DNA of 64,000 bases from a bacterium (GCA_030685015.1 JAUXWS010000087.1:97684-161683); one strand, 5' to 3'; positions 18,811 to 28,016 are shown, counted from the first letter of the stretch. The notes: generated by a model from the letters alone, not told the origin. Numbers and translations: made by a program.

Positions 18811-18926
18811 AGCGACCAGGTTGCCTGATCTCGTGGGCTGTCACTCGTCGCACTGCTCCCGTCCCACGTGGCCTTATGATAACGGGGCGTTGGGACACAA
18901 GCGTGGGCGCAGCCAGCAGGTGCCCC

Positions 18927-19523
18927 TTACGGCGGATGCCTGGCCAGGGTCTGAAGGATCCGACGGATGCGCGTCACGTAGCCGCGGGTCTCGTCGGCAT
19001 TCTTGCCCGTTACAAGGTGCAGCCGCGCTGCCACCGAGGCCCACTCATTAGAGTACGTGCTGGCCAGAACCTGGCGCTGGGCTTTCAGGATGTTGCCGGC
19101 GCCAGCGTTGTAGCTGGCCAGCGTGAAGGCCACCCGCTCCACCAGCGGCCGGGGTGCTTTCCAGATCGCCCACATGCGGGCGTCATAGTAGATGCCGGCC
19201 TGGATGGACTGCCGTACCTCCCAGGGGTTGGTCAGGCCGAGTTTGGGCGCCATGTCCTTCCACGTCCCTGGCATGACCTGCATGACGCCTCTGGCCCCGC
19301 ACCAGCTCTGGGCCGTCGAGTCTAGGGCGCTCTCCGCGATGGCCTGGGCCTTCCACCAGCGCCAGTCGAAGTCCACCCCGAAGTAGCGCTTGGAGTACTT
19401 CTGGAAGTGGGGGTCGAAGCGGTTGGTCCACGCCCCAGCCACGGCGACCAGAACGAGCACGGCGACGAAGGCGACCAAGGCCCGGTGTGTGGGCCACAGT
19501 CGGCCCGTGTGCCTCGTTCCCAT
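18927..19523 (-). CDS. Endolysin, lytic transglycosylase (SLT domain) with an N-terminal signal-anchor (SAR-like)
   Basis: AIAESALD...GARGVMQVMPGTW...ASYNAGAGN motifs. The N-terminus has a hydrophobic helix, ALVAFVAVLVLVAVAGAW. Confidence 0.8.
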   Translation of the reverse strand: MGTRHTGRLWPTHRALVAFVAVLVLVAVAGAWTNRFDPHFQKYSKRYFGVDFDWRWWKAQAIAESALDSTAQSWCGARGVMQVMPGTWKDMAPKLGLTNPWEVRQSIQAGIYYDARMWAIWKAPRPLVERVAFTLASYNAGAGNILKAQRQVLASTYSNEWASVAARLHLVTGKNADETRGYVTRIRRILQTLARHPP

Positions 19524-19738
19524 CAGTTCAGGCCCGCTGATACCAGATGGGCGCAGAAGAGCAGCAGCACGCCCGCCAGGATGGCCGCGGCCACGTTGCC
19601 CTTCTTGATCTCGGGGATGAAGTCGATGCCCGGGAAGAGCCAGCGGTCAGTGGCCTTCCAGAGGCTGACGGCCAAGAGCACAGTCAAGGCCGTGTAGGCC
19701 AGGTTGACCGCGGCCGCGCGGATGAGCTGGTCGAACAT
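19523..19738 (-). CDS. Small two-TM membrane protein, holin/pinholin candidate (DUF350-like)
   Basis: 71 aa with two hydrophobic helices. It overlaps the endolysin start (ATGA). The start was chosen at MFDQLIR, preceded by GGGGGG. Confidence 0.5.
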   Translation of the reverse strand: MFDQLIRAAAVNLAYTALTVLLAVSLWKATDRWLFPGIDFIPEIKKGNVAAAILAGVLLLFCAHLVSAGLN

Positions 19739-19748
19739 GGGTCCCCCC

Positions 19749-20495
19749 TTAGAATGCCTTGAAAACGAAAACACCCACCGCCCCGGCGCTTACGGATACG
19801 ACCGCGCCCCAGGGGTCGAGCCTGGCGCCGGCCAGCACCTCCGGGTGGCCATCCCGAACGCCCAGGCCAGCCAAAGGGTGGAAGCGGTCCCTCCATGTGG
19901 GCTTGCGTGGCTGCGCGGCCAGGGTGATGCCTGCGGACAGGGCCGGGCTGGACGTCCGAGTGATCGCCCGCCAACCGTCCGGGCCCTCCATCAGGTCGAT
20001 GGCCACGCCGGCGCGGACCTGCAGCCGGTCCAGGCGCACGGTTAGGCTGGGCAGCCAGTCCGACCCAGGCTGGTCCAGGCTCACCGTCCCAGAGGCGCAG
20101 ATCCCGTCCATGCTGTCCTCGTCCACCAGCACGAAGGGCACCTCGAAGTGCGTGAGCCCGCCGGCTGCCGGCGCCTGACGCACGCTGTCCACGAGGATCT
20201 GGACGTTCGGGAGGTCCTCGCCGGCCAGGTCCAGCCGCAGGCGCAGGTCCACCTGGGCCCGGGTGGCAGCCTTCAAGGCCCGGGTCAGGCGCTGGATGGA
20301 CGCGTCCCTTTCCAGCAACACGCCCTCCAGGCCCCGCGTCACGGTCGTGGAGTCGTCCACCTGGATAGGCTGCTCAGCCGCGGCCGCGGCGCGTAGGGCG
20401 TCCACCGCACTCGCCTGGGCCTGGCGCACGCGCCACTCCTGCCAGCACAGGATCGCCAGCAGGGCCAAAGCCAGGGTGAGCCAGGCCTGCTTCAC
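19749..20495 (-). CDS. Membrane-anchored/exported phage protein, unknown function (spanin-like position)
   Basis: N-terminal helix MKQAWLTLALALLAILCW. The C-terminus ends ...VFVFKAF. It lies in the lysis cassette. Confidence 0.4.
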   Translation of the reverse strand: MKQAWLTLALALLAILCWQEWRVRQAQASAVDALRAAAAAEQPIQVDDSTTVTRGLEGVLLERDASIQRLTRALKAATRAQVDLRLRLDLAGEDLPNVQILVDSVRQAPAAGGLTHFEVPFVLVDEDSMDGICASGTVSLDQPGSDWLPSLTVRLDRLQVRAGVAIDLMEGPDGWRAITRTSSPALSAGITLAAQPRKPTWRDRFHPLAGLGVRDGHPEVLAGARLDPWGAVVSVSAGAVGVFVFKAF

Positions 20496-20932
20496 GCGCG
20501 CGCCCCGTTCATGTGCAGGCGCCGAATCTCGCCGACTTCGCTCTCCAGCCGTGCCAGGGATCCCGCCTGGGCGGCCTGAGTGCCTGCCACCTGGGCCAGG
20601 CTTCCCTCGATGCGGCCCAGGCTCTGCTGGATCTTGGCCTGGGTTTCCACGTAAATGCGCAGGGTCGTCTCGGTCTCCACCTGCTTCATGCGTAGGTCGT
20701 CCAGGCGCTGCTGCTGGTCATCCCGCAGCATCTCTATGCGCCCCTCCTGCTCTTTGCGAAGCTCGCCCAGGCGGTGGGTGTGGTCCTCGCGCAGGGCGGT
20801 CAGCTCGCGCTCGTTGCGGATCCCGCGGTCGCTGATGGGCTTGATGATGTAGGCCAGGATGATGGTTACGATGAGGGTGACAGCCCCGAACAGCCAGCCA
20901 CCCCAGGTCGCCAGTCCGCTTTCGCCTAGCAT
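20492..20932 (-). CDS. Membrane-anchored coiled-coil phage protein (holin or i-spanin candidate)
   Basis: One TM (WLFGAVTLIVTIILAYII) followed by heptad-rich charged sequence. There is a 4-nt overlap with the next gene. Confidence 0.4.
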   Translation of the reverse strand: MLGESGLATWGGWLFGAVTLIVTIILAYIIKPISDRGIRNERELTALREDHTHRLGELRKEQEGRIEMLRDDQQQRLDDLRMKQVETETTLRIYVETQAKIQQSLGRIEGSLAQVAGTQAAQAGSLARLESEVGEIRRLHMNGARA

Positions 20933-20956
20933 GCGCGACTCCTTTCACCAAACCCG

Positions 20957-21943
20957 TCAAGCGAGGGTCACTTCCGTTCCCGCCCCATTCATTGCCACGG
21001 CACCGTTGCGCACGTAGATGCCCTTGTTCGCGCCCGCCGTCACCGCGAACCACTCCCCGTCGTCTACCTGCAGTTGGGTCGGCATGGACGTGAAGGACCG
21101 CAGCCGGACTTTGCCGGCCGTGGCGTTGAGGATCTTGCCGGCTGGAAGTGTGGCCGTGGAGCCCGAACCCGTCAGGATGCCGCCCGAGACCTTGGTCAGG
21201 CTGGCGGCGCTACTTGCGAGCTTCACGTCGGTGACCGCGCTGGTGGCAAGCTGGGTGGCACCGACCGCGCTTGAGGCGATCTTGGTGGACGACACGGATC
21301 CATCTGCGAGGCCGTTGTTCGTGACGGCGTTCTTGGCGATTTCCTTGTCCGTGACGGCATCGAGGATGGCCAGCGCGCCCCGGTTCTTGATGGAGGCCGA
21401 CGCCAGGTTGATGTCGCCGCTCAGCAGGTTCCCGACCTTCACGCGCCCGTAAACGGTCCCGTCCGAGACGTTGTCCAGCGTGCTGAGTTCAGTCAGGATG
21501 CTGGGCGTCCAGGCAGGCACCCACTCGCCCGGGACGGCCTGCACGGCATCCACGTAGCCAATGCCAACTCCCGTCCCCGTGCCATCCGCAATGCCAAAGC
21601 GGAGCTTCACATGGGTCGTGCCTGCCGGAAGATCCGCGCGCTTCACCTGGGCGATGTATTGTGTGAAGGCTGTGGCCGTGTCGACGTGATCGGCCCAGAC
21701 CACCGCCGATCCCAGGTCCGTGCCTGCGGCGTTTAAGAAATGCACCTCGGCCTTCAGGCTGGAGGCCCCGGCGAAGATTTCGCCGGAGATCCAGCAGGAC
21801 AGCATCAGCGAGCCCGTGAAGCGCTGGAAGTCGATGGCATTGGACCAGCCGCTCCACAGGTCGACGCCCACCGCCTCGATGCGCATAGTGTAGCCGCCCA
21901 AGAACACGCGCTCCGTGGACCGGGTGATGGTTCCGGTTGGCAT
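20957..21943 (-). CDS. Tail fibre protein 2 (jelly-roll/CBM-like N-terminal domain + 11-residue repeats + C-terminal domain)
   Basis: Paralogous to the N-terminal part of the 875-aa fibre (ITRST..vFGGY.M.I.A ... YVDAV.V..G..P..WTP ... VSDG..Y.RVK). It is followed by SSAVGATQLATSAVTDVKLASSAA repeats. Confidence 0.6.
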   Translation of the reverse strand: MPTGTITRSTERVFLGGYTMRIEAVGVDLWSGWSNAIDFQRFTGSLMLSCWISGEIFAGASSLKAEVHFLNAAGTDLGSAVVWADHVDTATAFTQYIAQVKRADLPAGTTHVKLRFGIADGTGTGVGIGYVDAVQAVPGEWVPAWTPSILTELSTLDNVSDGTVYGRVKVGNLLSGDINLASASIKNRGALAILDAVTDKEIAKNAVTNNGLADGSVSSTKIASSAVGATQLATSAVTDVKLASSAASLTKVSGGILTGSGSTATLPAGKILNATAGKVRLRSFTSMPTQLQVDDGEWFAVTAGANKGIYVRNGAVAMNGAGTEVTLA

Positions 21944-24570
21944 TAGATCCAGGCCGCCGTTTCGAAGCTGCCGTTGATGATGAGGTTGACGGTGGAGAGC
22001 TCCGAGAAGACGCCCGCATCCACTTTCTCGCGGGTGACGGATCCGGCCGCCAGTTTGTCTGCGGTAACCGCGTTCGTCGCCAACTGCGTGGCGCCGATGG
22101 CCGACGCGCTCACGTGGGTGGAGCCGACCGCATTGGCAGCGAGCTTCGTTCCGCTGACCGCCCCATCCGCCAGGCGATCCGTGGCCACGGCCCCGGCCGC
22201 AATCTTGGCTGTGGAAACCGCCCCGTCGATCAGCTGCGCGCTGCCCACCGCCGCGCTGCCCATCTTGGCCTGGGTGACCACCGCGTCGGCGAGCTTGGTG
22301 GTGCCCACCGCCGCGTCGGCCAGGTTGCTGGAGCCCACGGCCGCCGCGCCGAGCTTGGCCGTCGTCACCGCCCCATCCGCCAGCTTGGTGTTCGTGACGG
22401 CGCTGGCGCCCAGTTCCGTGGAGCCCACGACGCCCGCCGCGATCTTGCCGCTGGTGACGGCGCCCGTGGCGATCTTGGAAGACCCCACTGACCCGTCGAC
22501 GATCTTGGCTGCGGAGACGGACCCATCGGCGAGTTTAGTGCCCGTCACGGCGCCGGCCGCCACCTTGTTCCCCGTCACCGCCGCATCTTGTAGGGCGCCC
22601 TCGGCCACCTTGGCCGCGCCGATGAGGCCCGCGCTCGTCACGACGGTGGAGCCGTCGGCCAAATGGATGAGCGGCGTGCCGCTGCCCAGGGCGATGGAGC
22701 CATCCGCCTGGCGCTGCAGGGCGTTGGAAGTCACTTTCCCCAGCGAGGCCGTATCGGCCGCCAGGCGCGTGCTATCCACGGCGTTCGTGGCGAGCTTGGC
22801 CGTGGCAATGGCCGCGTCGGCCACCTTCGCCGTGGTGACGGCCGCCGCCCCCAGCTTGTTCGTGGTGACTGCCCCGTCGGCGAGCTTCGTTTCGGTGACC
22901 GCACCCGCCGTGATCTTCGTGTCGATGACGGCGTTCGTGCCGAGCTGATTGCTGCCCACGGCGCCAGCGGCCAGTTGCGCAGCGCCCACGGCCCCCGCAG
23001 CGATCTTGGCCGCGCCCACCGCCCCATCGGCGATCGAGGCCTGCACGACCTTTGCCGGGGCAATGTTGGCGCTGGCGTCGGTCAGGTCGATGAGCTTCCG
23101 GCCCGGCGCCACGGGCGTGTTCCAGTCACCCGTGCCCTTCAGGTCGAGGATCGTGGCCGTCAGGTTGGGATCCGCCTCGCCCGAGACGACGGCCTTCTTC
23201 ACGAGGGCGTTCCGGCCCAGGGCACCCACGGTGTTGCGCCGGCTGTAGAGGGCATCGAAGTGCGTGACCGTCCCCACCGGCAGGGCCGAGAGCTTGATGA
23301 AGACCGTGGAGAGCGGCACGGCGCCGCCATCATTCAGCCACCAGCCCGCCCCCAGGCCCGAGCCCGTCTGCGCGTCGCCCGGCGTGACGACCGAGGTGCC
23401 GTTCTGGTTCAGGCAGATGCCCGTCACCGTGACGGGTGCACCGCCCGAGTCGAGCAGGTCGCCGCCCGCCGAATTCAGCAAGTCGAAGAGGCCGGCCAGC
23501 GAATCGCCCGTCTCGCCGATGTTGATGGCCGCGCCCGCCGCCTGGAAGGCCAGGCGATAGGTGAAGACGCCGCCACCGGCAGCGTGGATGCTGCCCACCG
23601 GGACGCTATTGTCCTCGTAGGGCTCGGCGATGGCCCGGGCGTGCAGGGCGGCGGCGTTGCGCACGGCCGTGTCCAGGACCGCGCCGTCCGAGGTCTTCAG
23701 TTCGGTCGTGACCTGGCCATGGCTCGTGTCGATCAGCGTGCGGATGCCGCCCGGCGCGCCCGCGTCCTCCTGCACCACGGCGCCACGCACGTACCCATCC
23801 GACCGCAGCGCCGAGAGCTTGCCCTGGGCGCTGGAGTCCAGTTTGGTCTCGGGCAGGATGCCGTCGGCGATCTTGGACGGCAGATCGATGCGCGCTAGGT
23901 TGGCATTGGGCAGCTCGCCCACCACCTTCGTGCCCAGATTGACCGATCCGTCGGCAATCTTAGTCGATCCCACCGCCCCATCAGCGAGCTTCGGCTGCAG
24001 CACGGCCCCGTCCTGGATGGAGCCGGGCGTGATCTCGCCCGAGGGGTTCACCTCCTTCACGCGCCGGTAAGTCTCGCCATCCGAGACCAAGTCCAGCGAG
24101 TCCTGCTCCTTTAGGCCATAGGGCGTCCAGTGGGTGGGAAAGGAGCCCTGCTCGACCTTGACCGCATCCACGTAGGCCGTGCCCGACGCCAGTGCCCCGT
24201 CCCAGCCGAAGGAGAGCTTGATGAAGACCGTGCCCAGGGGCAGCTCGCCCGCGTCGCCGAGCTTCGACATGTCGAAAGAGCGCCAATAGCGCGTGAACTG
24301 GGTCTCGCCCGACTGGGTCAGCACCGTCCAGTCGATGGGCGTCATGGGCATGTGGTCTTCGTAGTAGGGCGTGATTCGGGCGTAGAAGGTGCCGGCGTTC
24401 CGCAGGTGCATGCGGATGTAAGCCGAGACACAAACCTTCGACAGTCCGCGCAGATCGATGAAGTTGACCTTGGCCAGACTGGTGGCGGACGGGCCGCCCT
24501 CGGCCTGGATCTTCATCGAATAGCCGCCGAAGACCGAGCAGTCCGTTGACCGCGTGATGAGCACGGACAT
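21943..24570 (-). CDS. Tail fibre protein 1 (875 aa; CBM-like domain, central region, about 27 copies of an 11-residue repeat)
   Basis: Size and position are right for a fibre. There is a long xGAVxxxKLAx repeat array. TAATG overlaps the next fibre gene. Confidence 0.7.
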   Translation of the reverse strand: MSVLITRSTDCSVFGGYSMKIQAEGGPSATSLAKVNFIDLRGLSKVCVSAYIRMHLRNAGTFYARITPYYEDHMPMTPIDWTVLTQSGETQFTRYWRSFDMSKLGDAGELPLGTVFIKLSFGWDGALASGTAYVDAVKVEQGSFPTHWTPYGLKEQDSLDLVSDGETYRRVKEVNPSGEITPGSIQDGAVLQPKLADGAVGSTKIADGSVNLGTKVVGELPNANLARIDLPSKIADGILPETKLDSSAQGKLSALRSDGYVRGAVVQEDAGAPGGIRTLIDTSHGQVTTELKTSDGAVLDTAVRNAAALHARAIAEPYEDNSVPVGSIHAAGGGVFTYRLAFQAAGAAINIGETGDSLAGLFDLLNSAGGDLLDSGGAPVTVTGICLNQNGTSVVTPGDAQTGSGLGAGWWLNDGGAVPLSTVFIKLSALPVGTVTHFDALYSRRNTVGALGRNALVKKAVVSGEADPNLTATILDLKGTGDWNTPVAPGRKLIDLTDASANIAPAKVVQASIADGAVGAAKIAAGAVGAAQLAAGAVGSNQLGTNAVIDTKITAGAVTETKLADGAVTTNKLGAAAVTTAKVADAAIATAKLATNAVDSTRLAADTASLGKVTSNALQRQADGSIALGSGTPLIHLADGSTVVTSAGLIGAAKVAEGALQDAAVTGNKVAAGAVTGTKLADGSVSAAKIVDGSVGSSKIATGAVTSGKIAAGVVGSTELGASAVTNTKLADGAVTTAKLGAAAVGSSNLADAAVGTTKLADAVVTQAKMGSAAVGSAQLIDGAVSTAKIAAGAVATDRLADGAVSGTKLAANAVGSTHVSASAIGATQLATNAVTADKLAAGSVTREKVDAGVFSELSTVNLIINGSFETAAWI

Positions 24571-24578
24571 GATTCCTC

Positions 24579-25196
24579 CTACCAGGCTTCCTGTTCGAAT
24601 GACCCGCCCCGCTGCAGGTTGGTCGACCCATCCTGCTCGGGGCCATCTCCTGTCGTTGTGCTGAGGCTGCGGCTATAACCGCGCGTGCGCCCTTCCACCG
24701 TCTCCTGACGGACTCGAAACGCATAGGTCGTGCTGGACAAGAGGTCCATCACGACCAGCGTGCGCGCCTGCCGTTCGCGCGTCTCGGCCACGTCCGTCCA
24801 GGCCGGGCTTCCCGCCGCCTGGGCCTGTGCCACCACGCGCTCGCCCTGGAACCCGTCCGCCGGATGTGTCCAGGCGAGTTTCACGGACAGGTCCGTGGCC
24901 ACGGCGGAAAGCAGAATCACCGGCGGCGGCACGACGTGCTCCAGCCGGCGCCGGAAGTCTGCCCGGTCCCCCACGTCGATGGAGAGACGCGACTGCGCCA
25001 CCAACGCCAATGGACGGAACAGCAGGGCGTAGTTGGAGTCGCGCAGCTCGGTCAGCGATAGCACGCCGGACTTGGGAATGACGCCCGTGCGCACCAACAG
25101 GCCATGCCGCTGCCCGCCCCGCTCCACCTCGCACAGGTTGTCCTGCAGGACATAGACGGCGCCCGCCGGCAGCCCGCTTTGCGTCAGCGTGGCCAT
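24579..25196 (-). CDS. Tail fibre-associated protein with an Fn3-like module
   Basis: 205 aa. LSVKLAWTHPADG...YAFRVRQ resembles Fn3. It ends with NLQRGGSFEQEAW (see the split-domain finding). Confidence 0.45.
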   Translation of the reverse strand: MATLTQSGLPAGAVYVLQDNLCEVERGGQRHGLLVRTGVIPKSGVLSLTELRDSNYALLFRPLALVAQSRLSIDVGDRADFRRRLEHVVPPPVILLSAVATDLSVKLAWTHPADGFQGERVVAQAQAAGSPAWTDVAETRERQARTLVVMDLLSSTTYAFRVRQETVEGRTRGYSRSLSTTTGDGPEQDGSTNLQRGGSFEQEAW

Positions 25197-27331
25197 CAGA
25201 CACCCGCCTGCAGCTCTTCAAGGGTCCGGACCACCGTGGTGAACTGCTCCTGCGTGGGCGCCTCGGCCAGGGCGCGCTGCAGCTGGAAGACCTGCTCCTC
25301 CAGGTCCGTGGCCATGCGGTCCCGCTCGACCTCGAAGCGGGTCCTTTCCTGGCTGCGCCGGAGGGCCAGGATCTCGGCTAGGGTCTGTCCATCGGCGTTC
25401 TCCAGTGCGTCCGTCAACACCTCCAGCCCCGCCGACCAGTCCCCGCCCACGTCATACTCGGTGACGGCCTGGGCGTAGATGACCAGATGCTGCCCGCCGC
25501 GGATGGGCCACTGCAGGCGCTCGGTCCAGACGTCGCCCTCCCAGGCGAGCTGGTAGCCCGTCAGGGCCTGGCCCATGGCCGGCGGCGCTGGCAGGGGCGT
25601 CAGCAGCTCGATGGTGCGGTTGCTGGAGTCGAAAGCCTTGACGATGCGCGAAACGCCGCCCACCTCCACGCGCGTGCTCGGCTGGAAGACCGCCGTGCCG
25701 GCGACCTTCACGAGGCTGGTGGTGGACCCGCTACCGACCAGGTCGCTGGCCTGAACAGCCTCGCGCTTCTGGCGGGGTATGGTCGAGGACTCGTGCGTGC
25801 GATGAATCAGGTCGACGTGGGCGCTCTCCAGCACCGCCTTGGAGACACCAACCGGCAGGCGCGTGCGCGTGTGCTTCAGCTCATAGACCCGCACCCGGTA
25901 GCCGCGAATCTCCTCCTGGTCCACCAGGGCCGGCTTGTCCCAGGAGAGGCGCAGGGCGTAGGACTCGCTCTCGGCGGAGCTGCCCTGCTCATCCTTGAAG
26001 AGTTCCAAAACGGTGTTGGCATGGGCGGCCTTGGCCTGCAGGACCTCGGTCCGCGTGGCGCTTCGCGCGGCCTTGGTCGCATCCACGGCCGCCAGCATCT
26101 CGGAGGCCGTGCCGACATCGCTTCCGTAGCCCAGGGCGCTCGACTTGGCCAGGTGGAAGTATGCTGCGCCCTCGGACACGCTGGCCGGGGCTGTCAGCAC
26201 CAGGGTCTGCAGGGCTGCGTTCACGCTTAGGACCGTCACCTCGCTAAGGAGGCCTTCCGCGTGCAGGAGCAGAGTCTGGCCTTCCAGGCTGGAGCCCAAA
26301 TCCGTGCCCGCGCCCGTGACGGTCGCGGAGCCTGTGACGATGGACAGCGTGCCCTGCTCGCGGCTGACGCCTGCCGCGCCCGAGACGATCGCTTGCTGCT
26401 TGGCGTGCAGGACGTCCAGGTCGGCGCTGCCGCCCACCAGCTCCGTGCCCCGAACCTGGCCCAGCGTGTAGCCGGCCAGGCGCTTGGCGTTGATCAAGGC
26501 CCGGTAGCCATCCAGCTCGCCCACGTGGGCCGACAGGGCCTCCACGCTGACGCGCGCGGCCGTGTAGGTATCCAGCGCGCTCTTCAAGGCCGCCGTGCGG
26601 TCCGGGGCGTCCGCGTGGATCTGCAGGGCCAGATTCACTTCCAGCAGTACGGGCGTGCCGGGCTGGGACGGAATCTTGCGCGTCTCGATGACGCGGTCCC
26701 CGTGCCCGTCCTGCAGGTTGAGGATGCCGCTGCGAAAGAGCAGGGCCAGCTCCGGGTGCAAGGCCAGGGCATTCAAGACGGTCAGGACCGCGCTGCCCGG
26801 ATTCTGCTCGTCCTGGTAGCCAACCTGAAATCCCGCCGCCGTCGTGTGCGTATCCGTGTTTGGCAGGTGGAGGCGCGGGTCGCTGACGACCTGGGCGAAA
26901 GCGCGCAGGTCCTCCACCGTCCCATCCGCGTGGACCCGGGCCACCACGACCTCCTGCGCGCCCTTGACCGGAAAGGCCGAGAGACGCAGTGCGAAACCGT
27001 GGAGCTGGCGCGTCTGGTGGGTCTGCCCGGTCACGAAGTGGGTCTTGGGTGCCACCGCCGTCAGCGTGTAACCGGCGAAGACGTAGGACGTCGCGGAAGG
27101 CCAGGGCTCAAAGAGACCGATCAGGCTGACAATGCGCTCGCCGCCCGCGTAAGCCACGCCGGGCGCCAGCACCAGGTCGCTGCCATTCTGGCTGACGTCG
27201 AAGCCATGGATGACGCCTTCCGTGAAGAGGTCGTCCGTCCGGTCCAGGATGGCCTGCAGGAGCGCATCCCGACTGAAGTTCTCGTCCTCAAGCGTGGGCT
27301 TGTCGCCCGAGAAGAACAGGTAGCGGTCCAT
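25196..27331 (-). CDS. Baseplate-attached fibre/adaptor protein (711 aa)
   Basis: It lies between baseplate gene I-like and the fibres. It has coiled-coil segments and an Fn3-like segment (YALRLSWDKP...YRVRVYE). Confidence 0.45.
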   Translation of the reverse strand: MDRYLFFSGDKPTLEDENFSRDALLQAILDRTDDLFTEGVIHGFDVSQNGSDLVLAPGVAYAGGERIVSLIGLFEPWPSATSYVFAGYTLTAVAPKTHFVTGQTHQTRQLHGFALRLSAFPVKGAQEVVVARVHADGTVEDLRAFAQVVSDPRLHLPNTDTHTTAAGFQVGYQDEQNPGSAVLTVLNALALHPELALLFRSGILNLQDGHGDRVIETRKIPSQPGTPVLLEVNLALQIHADAPDRTAALKSALDTYTAARVSVEALSAHVGELDGYRALINAKRLAGYTLGQVRGTELVGGSADLDVLHAKQQAIVSGAAGVSREQGTLSIVTGSATVTGAGTDLGSSLEGQTLLLHAEGLLSEVTVLSVNAALQTLVLTAPASVSEGAAYFHLAKSSALGYGSDVGTASEMLAAVDATKAARSATRTEVLQAKAAHANTVLELFKDEQGSSAESESYALRLSWDKPALVDQEEIRGYRVRVYELKHTRTRLPVGVSKAVLESAHVDLIHRTHESSTIPRQKREAVQASDLVGSGSTTSLVKVAGTAVFQPSTRVEVGGVSRIVKAFDSSNRTIELLTPLPAPPAMGQALTGYQLAWEGDVWTERLQWPIRGGQHLVIYAQAVTEYDVGGDWSAGLEVLTDALENADGQTLAEILALRRSQERTRFEVERDRMATDLEEQVFQLQRALAEAPTQEQFTTVVRTLEELQAGV

Positions 27332-27335
27332 GTGC

Positions 27336-28016
27336 TCACGCCTCCACGTAGGTCAGCACGCACGCGGTGTGCGCGGGTTTCTCGGCCATCACGAGCTCGG
27401 ACACGCGCGTCCGCTCCTCGGCGTCCTGGGCGCCGGCCGGCAGGATGGACAGCCAGAAGGTGAAGCGCATGTCCAGGTCGGCCTGGCTGAAGAGGCGCGT
27501 CTGGCGCAGGCCGTCCATCTCCGGATCCGCTTGGTCCGCCGCGCTGAAGAGATGGCTACGCTCGGCTTCCACCTGCGCGGCCTGGTCCGCTTCGCTCCGC
27601 ACGATGCGCGCCTCCGGGTCATCCGCGTAGACAGTCAGGGCGCTCAGTGTGTGGCCCAGAACCTCCTCGACCAGATACTTCATCCCCATCGCGCTGCCGG
27701 CGTACTGCCTCGTCGCCGGCATGATGGCCAGGCGCGCCTCCAGCTCGGCATTCGTTTCACCCAAGAGCCGCCTCGTGCCACGATCCAACGCATGTCGATC
27801 CAGGTCGGCCGTGCGCAGGTCCGTCGCGTAGTAGGGATTCGTTCCGCTTCCCAGGGTCCAAAGGAAGCCGCGCCGGCGGAGCTCGTAGATGGCGTCCTTG
27901 GCCGCGTCGTAGGAGAGCCCGAAAGCGTCCAGCAGGCGCCCTAGCACGCTGTCGTCCACCAGCTTGCGCACCTTCGGCAGCAGCGCCAGTAGGTAGCTCC
28001 CCAGGCGACTCTCCAT
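27336..28016 (-). CDS. Baseplate/tail protein, P2 gpI / Mu gp48-like
   Basis: It lies immediately downstream of baseplate J with an ATGA overlap. The N-terminus MESRLGSYLLALLPKV... resembles the tail protein I family. Confidence 0.5.
   Translation of the reverse strand: MESRLGSYLLALLPKVRKLVDDSVLGRLLDAFGLSYDAAKDAIYELRRRGFLWTLGSGTNPYYATDLRTADLDRHALDRGTRRLLGETNAELEARLAIMPATRQYAGSAMGMKYLVEEVLGHTLSALTVYADDPEARIVRSEADQAAQVEAERSHLFSAADQADPEMDGLRQTRLFSQADLDMRFTFWLSILPAGAQDAEERTRVSELVMAEKPAHTACVLTYVEA

Noticed and set aside
20957-24570. Diversity-generating retroelement acting on the fibre genes
   Set aside because: No reverse transcriptase gene and no template/variable repeat pair with adenine-specific differences could be seen. 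The similarity between the two fibres is that of ordinary paralogous modules.
21930-24585. Programmed -1 frameshift fusing consecutive fibre genes
   Set aside because: Both downstream genes are in the -1 frame, but I see no X XXY YYZ slippery heptamer before either stop. Junction 1 also has its own strong RBS (TAGGAGGAA). It is kept only as a minor alternative in the split-domain finding.
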